From the NCBI GenBank assembly GCA_963837175.1, contig CAWIMJ010000013.1, positions 1-64,000 of the forward strand: a DNA stretch of 64,000 nt. Reading direction: 5' to 3'. Shown piece after piece: positions 57,081 through 64,000 of the stretch. Under the pieces are notes generated by a model, which saw only the letters and a list, made by a program, of their open reading frames with translations, had not been told where the DNA came from and did no database searches. Each line of letters opens with the position of its first letter. Position 1 is the first letter of the stretch. The position numbers and the translations under genes were made by a program. Source of the DNA: an uncultured Nitrososphaeraceae archaeon. Lineage in GTDB: Archaea; Thermoproteota; Nitrososphaeria; Nitrososphaerales; Nitrososphaeraceae.

Positions 57081-57466
57081 GAAATAGCACCAATTGTCAG
57101 TAGCTCTTCAACAATGGCCCTATATACTAACACTTTTAAATTAATTTCTTGTATTATGTTTGCTATTCTGTGAAAGTGAAACATAACAGACTTGGGTGTC
57201 AGAGGTGAATAGTAATCTATCTGAGCTTGATAACTATGGATTATATCAAAATCATACTTGCTAATATTATTAGATGTCAGACTTCTAAATTTCTTTAAAT
57301 TAACCTTTTCTTTATTATCCGTAGAGTTTAGATCAAAGGAAAATGGCCCAATTCCTACATTATAGCCTATTTTGTTAAGTCCATTACAAAGATTATTGAT
57401 AACAACTTCCACTCTACCTGCCCTAAAGTAATTTGAAACTATCATGAGAATGGATGCTTTATCCAT
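57077..57466 (-). pseudogene. Glycosyltransferase family 4 N-terminal fragment
   Basis: ILMIVSNY...G.VEVVINNLC.GL.KIGYNV and FDIIH motifs; no C-terminal domain. Confidence 0.55.
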
Positions 57467-57664
57467 AGACCCTAATTCTAAACTAAATATGTCCGTATTT
57501 ATTAATTATTGGTTGTCATCAATTGGCAAACTATGCTAGTTATTATTTTATGAATCCGGAGTATACAATATATGCTATTTATTTATTTTATAAAATTTGA
57601 CAATTTGTTATTATCTATGTTCAGCATTCTCTAAAAGACTTTTTTTATAGTAATACTCAATAAG

Positions 57665-58350
57665 TTAATGAATCTGTATGGTTAGATTCAAACCTTCCTC
57701 TATGCTGATAGTAGGTTTCCAATTGAATGCATTGGAAACTTTTGTTAAGTCAGCTGTCATCTTGACTAGAACATCGGATCTACATTATTATTGCTATAGC
57801 ACATGTTATTTTCTTATTCAGTAATTTGGCTGTTATCTCTGGCACTTCTTTAAGAGTGTGGCTTGTTACATAACCTATATTATAGAGATTATATCTAGTT
57901 GGGAATTTACTCCACATAATTGCTATAGGGCCTATAAAATCGGCAATAAAAGTAAGTCTGTATATTTTCCACTAACTAACACCTTTAAATTTTCTTGATT
58001 TGTTAAATAACAGCATGAATAAAAGTAATGGTTCAAATTCAGGTTCATATAAATTAGACCGAATCTGACACCATAAATCCCAAACTTTTGTGAATAATTT
58101 TGAGTTGTTCAGCGAGCTGATTTGTTGCACAAATCTAATATTAGTCAATTAAGTTCGGAAAACTTTCAAATGATAGATATCACTTCTGAGCCATTCATAG
58201 TGATCCTGAACTCACCTAACAAACAATTTTTCCGAATTATGCAACAAAGCGCAGCAGGCAATTTTCTTTTATTGTAAGGAGAATAAGGATTATCGGATGT
58301 TTTTTGTCAAGAGTATATTCTAGTTGCTCGTAGACATAAGAGCCGACGTA
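57665..58350 (-). pseudogene. Decayed NAD-dependent epimerase interrupted by a MITE
   Basis: Fragments YNIGY and ADLTKVSNAFNWKPTISIEEGL; many stops. Confidence 0.55.
58118..58251. mobile_element. Putative MITE, copy 2 (~134 bp)
   Basis: Same ends and core as 3155..3294; flanks cagcgagc/cagcaggc. Confidence 0.7.
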
Positions 58351-59307
58351 AATTAGTTTCTAGATATTCTCAACTTAGATTTACAATAAGTTTAACGTTC
58401 TCAATGGTTAGTATTATAAGTTACATGAGGGTTTATTCAGTGAATTCTTAATAGATGTCTCTGCAGCGAGAGTTGCTTAGGATAAGCCTTAAAGTTTATT
58501 TCAAAAGTCTCTTCAGGGTTTATAATAGAACGATCACGTGAATTTTGCGGCAAGGTGGATTATAGTATCGAAATCGGTAGCAAATCTATGATATTCTTTA
58601 TCTGGATGAATATCGTTATGAATGAAATTAAAGTTGTTTGTATTTAAGAGAGTACGGGTATTGGGTATTGAAATGTTTCTGTTAATCAAATTATCAAGCG
58701 CGTAAACCGTGTAGCCGTCACGAACATTATCTTTGAGACAAACGACTTCCTAAGAAACCTGCAGCACCAAGTTATCAGAATTTTCATAGTTTTACTTGAA
58801 ACTCAGTTAAACAATATAGATACATTTCTGTATATATTATATATTCGCGTTATTACACATTTAACATCCCACAGATGGACTTTATACCTAGTCGAGAACG
58901 ATTTTTATTAACTTGCTTTATATTGGGAACGCATCATTATATGAATTAGGATCTAATTTCTCATTAAAGCATTTAAGCGATATAATTTATCAAATTTGGA
59001 TTGATCACTAGGTACTGTTTTTCTATTCATTTTTTATAGTCTAACATGGTCTATATTTTACATTTGTGCATATAGAAAATGCCTCAACAATAAAATAGCT
59101 ATGAGTTTTGGAAGAGTCCAATAAAATATCAAATTCTTATGAAGTCTTAACATACATAAACTATTGTTATGATATGCTTATCTCTATAATATGCAAACCA
59201 ATGCTTGTGAACATATTTTATTTTTCTTCATTCTAATTCGCCTCTATCCACTATCTCCCATTAGTTGTGTTATTAATGAATTATGGTCTTATTGTAGTTG
59301 AGTTGTC

Positions 59308-61385
59308 TTATTTTACAACTTCATAGACTGCAGATGGACCGACTTGTTTAACAACTTTTAAAAAAGGCATTCGGCTAAATATTCCGCTATATTGGAATGC
59401 ATCAAATCTTTTAGGATGAAAAAGACCTTCACCTCCTATTCCTGGTATATCCAAATAATTCCATTCAGAATTTAGAACTATGTACTTTACATCATATTTA
59501 TCAATAAATTGTCTTAGAAGTTCCGGTCTGTTCCATGTAATTGTACTATCTTTAGCCCGTTCATACTCGATTGGTGAATCAGGATACCATTTAGCTGTAA
59601 CATTTTTAAAAGAAAATGAATAAATAAAGGAGCTTGTAAACGAATAATCAGTCATTAAAAGAGCACTTGAATTTATATTATGGCTGATCCATGCCAGCAA
59701 ATCATAATCCATCCTAAACCAATCTGATCTTGGAAACCAACCCCAGATATTGGCTTGTTCAAGCCTTATATGTGATATAAAAGGCGATAAGAATAGTATA
59801 GATATTAACACTAAAGATATTGCTGCCCGTGAGGTATGCAAAACATTCATACAATTAATATATTTTCTATTAATAGCCTTTAACGATATTTTGTTGGTCG
59901 ACCAGCTTACAAAGTCGCCTGTATACGTTGATAACATTATTGTGTCAACGATAATTAGAAGCGGAAATAATCGCTTTGACAAGATGAACCACATATAATC
60001 AGCGGTTATATTCCAAGTAGATAGAAGTATAGAACCAGAGAATAATAAATAGAATATACTCAAATTCCAACGATTCCTTTTGATTAATGATATACCAGCT
60101 AATAGCATAGTCAAGCATGTTAAAATAAAGCCAGTGAAATCGGAAAAGAGATCTATTGGTTTGAGATTATAACCCGAGGACAACGAGTTAACTGCCTGAA
60201 TTATCTTGGAAATTGTCCAAATTATTTCATGAAAACCTGTATTTTCAAAATGTATCACAAATGCTATAGAGAGAACTAATAATATTCCAATTATAATCAT
60301 CTGTCTAGGTTTGATGGATATATTGCTTCTAGACATGTGATGAAAATACTTGTTCATCTGTTTTTTCCTCTAGCTTATGAAAGTTAGATATATAAAAAAA
60401 TCTATGCAGCAAACGAAGTGCAGCTTTAAATCTATAACGTAAATGAAATATGTACCATGAAGATATATAGAGAAAAGGCAGGATAGCTAAGGGTGTGTAT
60501 GTTATTCCAATGCCAAGTATAGATATTAAAACTATTATTTTGAATTTGATATCTTTCCGATATCCATCGAATATTATAAACACGCAGGCCATAAAAACTA
60601 ATAAGGCTAAGTAACCAAAAAGATTAGCATAAGTTCCGTTATAATAGTATCCAAGTAACCAATACTCCAAATTACTGCCGGGATAAATGTAAAAACCGGA
60701 TGTCAATGCTAATATGGAAAGTGCAGTAGATTCTGGTTAGAAAGTAGACTAGCGAGTAAATTAGTACTAAAATTAAAATAACAATTACTGTTGCAAGAAT
60801 AAAAAGACCCTCTCCTGGAAATAATCCGAAAAGCAAAGATAAGTTAGCAGACATTACATGTAACCCAAAAGGTTCAAACCACGGCTCAGAAGGGGCAATT
60901 GGTGCCAAAGTAGTTTGTAATCTATGATTATGGACTAGAATACTTATGAGTAATCCATGGTTTGATGCGTCCCCAGCTGGAGGCCATCCCATATACCCAG
61001 CAACCAGCGAAAAATGGATAATAATAAAGACAAAGACCAATACGGAGACAGAGTATGGCACATATTCTGATGGCTTTGGCTTTATCGAGGAGAAGAATTT
61101 GAGTATATTAAAACCTGAATTTGATTTATGTAATCGAAAAATTAGTAACCCATAAGAAATAATACCATATGCAATAAACCCTGCACTTCCAATATACACA
61201 ATACCTATCATTGAAAGCACAATGGTAGTTATTATTAGACCAAAAGAGATATAGATTGGAAACTTCACAATGACTGGAAGAGACCTCATTTTGCCATTCA
61301 AAACTAAAAATCCTGAAGGAAAGTAAAGTAAAAATTGTAATAAGATATATAAAAATGCGCTATTTTGATTTAAAAGAGAGTCCAA
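59308..61385 (-). CDS. Large polytopic membrane protein (GT-C glycosyltransferase-like), split into three frames
   Basis: Contiguous overlapping hydrophobic ORFs; WPPAGDASNH, PFGLH, D..LLAWI..N and KYDVKYI motifs; next to NDP-sugar genes. Confidence 0.6.
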
Positions 61386-61858
61386 TTTTAAAATCCCTTT
61401 TATCGACTAATACAGATTATCTTCTTTTATTAATGTAACTATACTGTAACCATATCCTCACTTTCAGATTTGCCGTAGTGAAAATGCTGATTACATACTT
61501 CCTTCAGAGCTCTATTTTCTAAATTGTTTATGATAAAGAATTGAAATATTACCAGTAGAATATATTTAAACCTTGAATCCATTACAACCCATCCAGCAGA
61601 TGTAAGTTCTAACTCTTCCGAAGATCATCACATATTTGAAGCATGTATAAACTCAAACTCATCTCTAGAAATTAATGATTATTTATGATATTGCGCATGA
61701 ATCGTCAAGCCTTTGTAATAGTAGCAGTTGACCACACCTCTAATCAGAGTCAAGGTACGTTAGACTAGAAAACATATGACGTTCAGTATTTTGATTAAAT
61801 CAATTTTTTTACACTTTATAGTTTGATATAAATCAAATATTATAGTTGCATCATACCT

Positions 61859-62803
61859 TTAGTCAATTAGATCATTATATTCTGAATTAAACCATTTTAT
61901 CGTTCTCCTTAATCCTTCTTTTAGGATCACAGAAGGCCTGAAGCTTAATTTTTCTTCCGCCCGCTTGGTGCTGACACAACGTCTCGGCTGACCATTTGGT
62001 TTTGAAGTATCCCAGTTTATTGTTCCTTTATAATGCATTAATTTACTAATAGTAATAATCAAATCTTTGATCGATACTTCTTGTCCTGAACCTAAGTTTA
62101 TTGGTTGTATATCATCATATTTTTCTGCTGCTAGAATGATTCCTCTGGCGGCATCCTCAACATATAGAAAATCCCTTGTTGGAGATCCATCACCCCATAG
62201 TGATATTGTTTTAAAGTTGTACTTATTCGCATTGTGAATTTTTAGAATTAATGCAGGAATGACATGAGAACTATTCGGATCGAAATTATCTTTGGGGCCA
62301 TAAAGATTGGTAGGAAAAACAACTATGGATTTGAAATTGTACTGCTGTCGATATGCTTGGGACTGCACTAGGAGCATTTTCTTGGCTAGACCGTAAGGTG
62401 CATTAGTTTCTTCAGGATATCCATCCCATATGGATTCTTCAGAGAATGGAAGTGGAGTGAATTTTGGGTAGCTACATATTGTACCTAGCGCAATAAATTT
62501 TTCAACATTAGCTTTTTTGGCTTCATTCATTAGTTGTATTCCCATTAAAAGATTATCATAAAATAACTCTGCTGGTTTTTCTCTATTTAATCCTATACCG
62601 CCGACTTTAGCAGCAAGGTGGAATACAATATCAACATCTTGCACAACCCGTTTACAATTGGATATTTTAGTCAGATCGCATTCTTTTGATGTGGGTGCAA
62701 TTATTCTTTTTGCTTTTTTTCTCTGTAAAAGGTCGACGATAAAAGATCCTAAGAATCCCTTACCACCTGTAATCAATACATTCTTTTTGCTCCACTCTAT
62801 CAT
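61859..62803 (-). CDS. fcl: GDP-L-fucose synthase
   Basis: GGKGFLG, HLAAKVGGIG, CSYPK, YGLAK, NLYGP.DNF, SHVIPAL, WGDGSPTRDF. Confidence 0.9.
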   Translation of the reverse strand: MIEWSKKNVLITGGKGFLGSFIVDLLQRKKAKRIIAPTSKECDLTKISNCKRVVQDVDIVFHLAAKVGGIGLNREKPAELFYDNLLMGIQLMNEAKKANVEKFIALGTICSYPKFTPLPFSEESIWDGYPEETNAPYGLAKKMLLVQSQAYRQQYNFKSIVVFPTNLYGPKDNFDPNSSHVIPALILKIHNANKYNFKTISLWGDGSPTRDFLYVEDAARGIILAAEKYDDIQPINLGSGQEVSIKDLIITISKLMHYKGTINWDTSKPNGQPRRCVSTKRAEEKLSFRPSVILKEGLRRTIKWFNSEYNDLID

Positions 62804-62818
62804 ATCTAATTCTCATTA

Positions 62819-63832
62819 TCAATTATTAAAATTTACCCTATAAGTTGCCGGCCAACCCTTAAACGCTGTCTTTAAATGAATTCCATTCTTCCTAGCCCAC
62901 TCAATCGTGAGTTCTAATCCTTCTGTCATGCTAACTGTTGGGTGCCATCCAAGTAGTCGTGATGCTTTACTATAGTCGCAAACTAAAGTTTCTACATCAC
63001 TAGGTCTTATGCGCGAAGGATCTATTGTTATTGAAAAATCCTTAGAAAGGATTCCTGCAATTAATTCTACTAATTCTTTTATTGTGACTGCCCGCTCACT
63101 GCCTAGATTTATTGTTTCACCAGTTATCCCCTCTGCAATTAAAGACATGATTATTCCACGTGCAGTATCAGAAACAAAAGTAAAATCACGCTTACTATTG
63201 ATATTACCAAGCCTTACTTCTTTATTCCCATTTAGTAGCTGGCCTGTAACCTCTGGTATTATATATGGTTGAGTTATATTTGGACCGAATGAGTTGAATG
63301 GTCTAATTATGACTGCAGGCAAATTATGTTCCTTATAGATAGTATAAATCACTCTTTCCGCTGCGAGTTTGCTAACAGAATATGTAGATTGAGGAATTAT
63401 CGGATGATTTTCATCCATCGGAGTATAGCGCGCACTACCATATACTTCACTTGAAGAAACATAAACAAACCTCTTTATTTTTGGTATTGCCGCTGATGCC
63501 AAATTGATTGTTCCATTGACATTGACGTCAAAAAAATCCTTTGGATAATAATATGAATCTGGGATAAAAGGTAGAGCAGCCAGATGTATTATGTATTCTT
63601 TGTTTTCTACCGCCGACTTTACGATAGCATCGTCAGTTAAATCACCTTTTATTAAATTTACATCGGCTAATCCTTTTATGTATACTTCGCTTCCTGATGA
63701 TAAATTGTCAAGCACAGTAACTCTTGCGCCTAGAGATGATAATTGTTTGGTTACCTCGGATCCAATAAAACCGCAACCTCCAGTTACTAATATTTCTCTT
63801 TTTTTTAATGTGTCAGCGATATTTTTTAACAA
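62819..63832 (-). CDS. NAD-dependent nucleotide-sugar epimerase/dehydratase
   Basis: TGGCGFIG, SSSEVYG, YSVSK, RPFNSFGP. Confidence 0.92.
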   Translation of the reverse strand: MLKNIADTLKKREILVTGGCGFIGSEVTKQLSSLGARVTVLDNLSSGSEVYIKGLADVNLIKGDLTDDAIVKSAVENKEYIIHLAALPFIPDSYYYPKDFFDVNVNGTINLASAAIPKIKRFVYVSSSEVYGSARYTPMDENHPIIPQSTYSVSKLAAERVIYTIYKEHNLPAVIIRPFNSFGPNITQPYIIPEVTGQLLNGNKEVRLGNINSKRDFTFVSDTARGIIMSLIAEGITGETINLGSERAVTIKELVELIAGILSKDFSITIDPSRIRPSDVETLVCDYSKASRLLGWHPTVSMTEGLELTIEWARKNGIHLKTAFKGWPATYRVNFNN

Positions 63833-64000
63833 CTCTTGCTATTAAACTATTTTAAGATTATAAATTTTTCGTCTTGAGATTACTAACTAATATATCCTTT
63901 AATTGAAAATATTGAAAATACGTATTTAAATCCTGAAGAATTTAATTCTAAATATTATTAGATTGAACAACTTATGATCAAAATATATACATATATACAC

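Overview
AT-rich archaeal chromosome segment. Gene content points to a soil Nitrososphaeraceae (Thaumarchaeota) genome: aIF6, pyrB, an AMMECR1 protein, class II RNR, duplicated PQQ/GSDH propellers and poly-Asn/Ser expansions. A housekeeping core (about 25.6-42.7 kb: aIF6, pyrB, AMMECR1, UDP-sugar dehydrogenase, nrdJ, a LeuC/LeuD-like pair, asnB) lies between accessory regions. These regions hold secreted proteins, a two-component system, two GC-rich oxidoreductase genes, IS6/IS5/IS481 elements and the start of a surface-glycosylation cluster (59-64 kb). Many genes, including pyrB and asnB, carry single-base frameshifts, so part of the apparent pseudogenisation is probably sequencing or assembly error. 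The strongest unexplained signal is a ~240-nt intergenic element (31455-31692) with a 12-bp terminal helix, several internal G-U-containing stems, an upstream BRE/TATA and a downstream T-tract: a candidate undescribed structured ncRNA. Other leads: a divergent pair of His-rich cupredoxin-like paralogs lacking type-1 Cu ligands, an aconitase-family enzyme missing one Fe-S cysteine, an arcadin-1-like gene, a two-copy MITE, and two unnamed small-protein families found by internal similarity. All family calls come from motif recognition; no database search was run.
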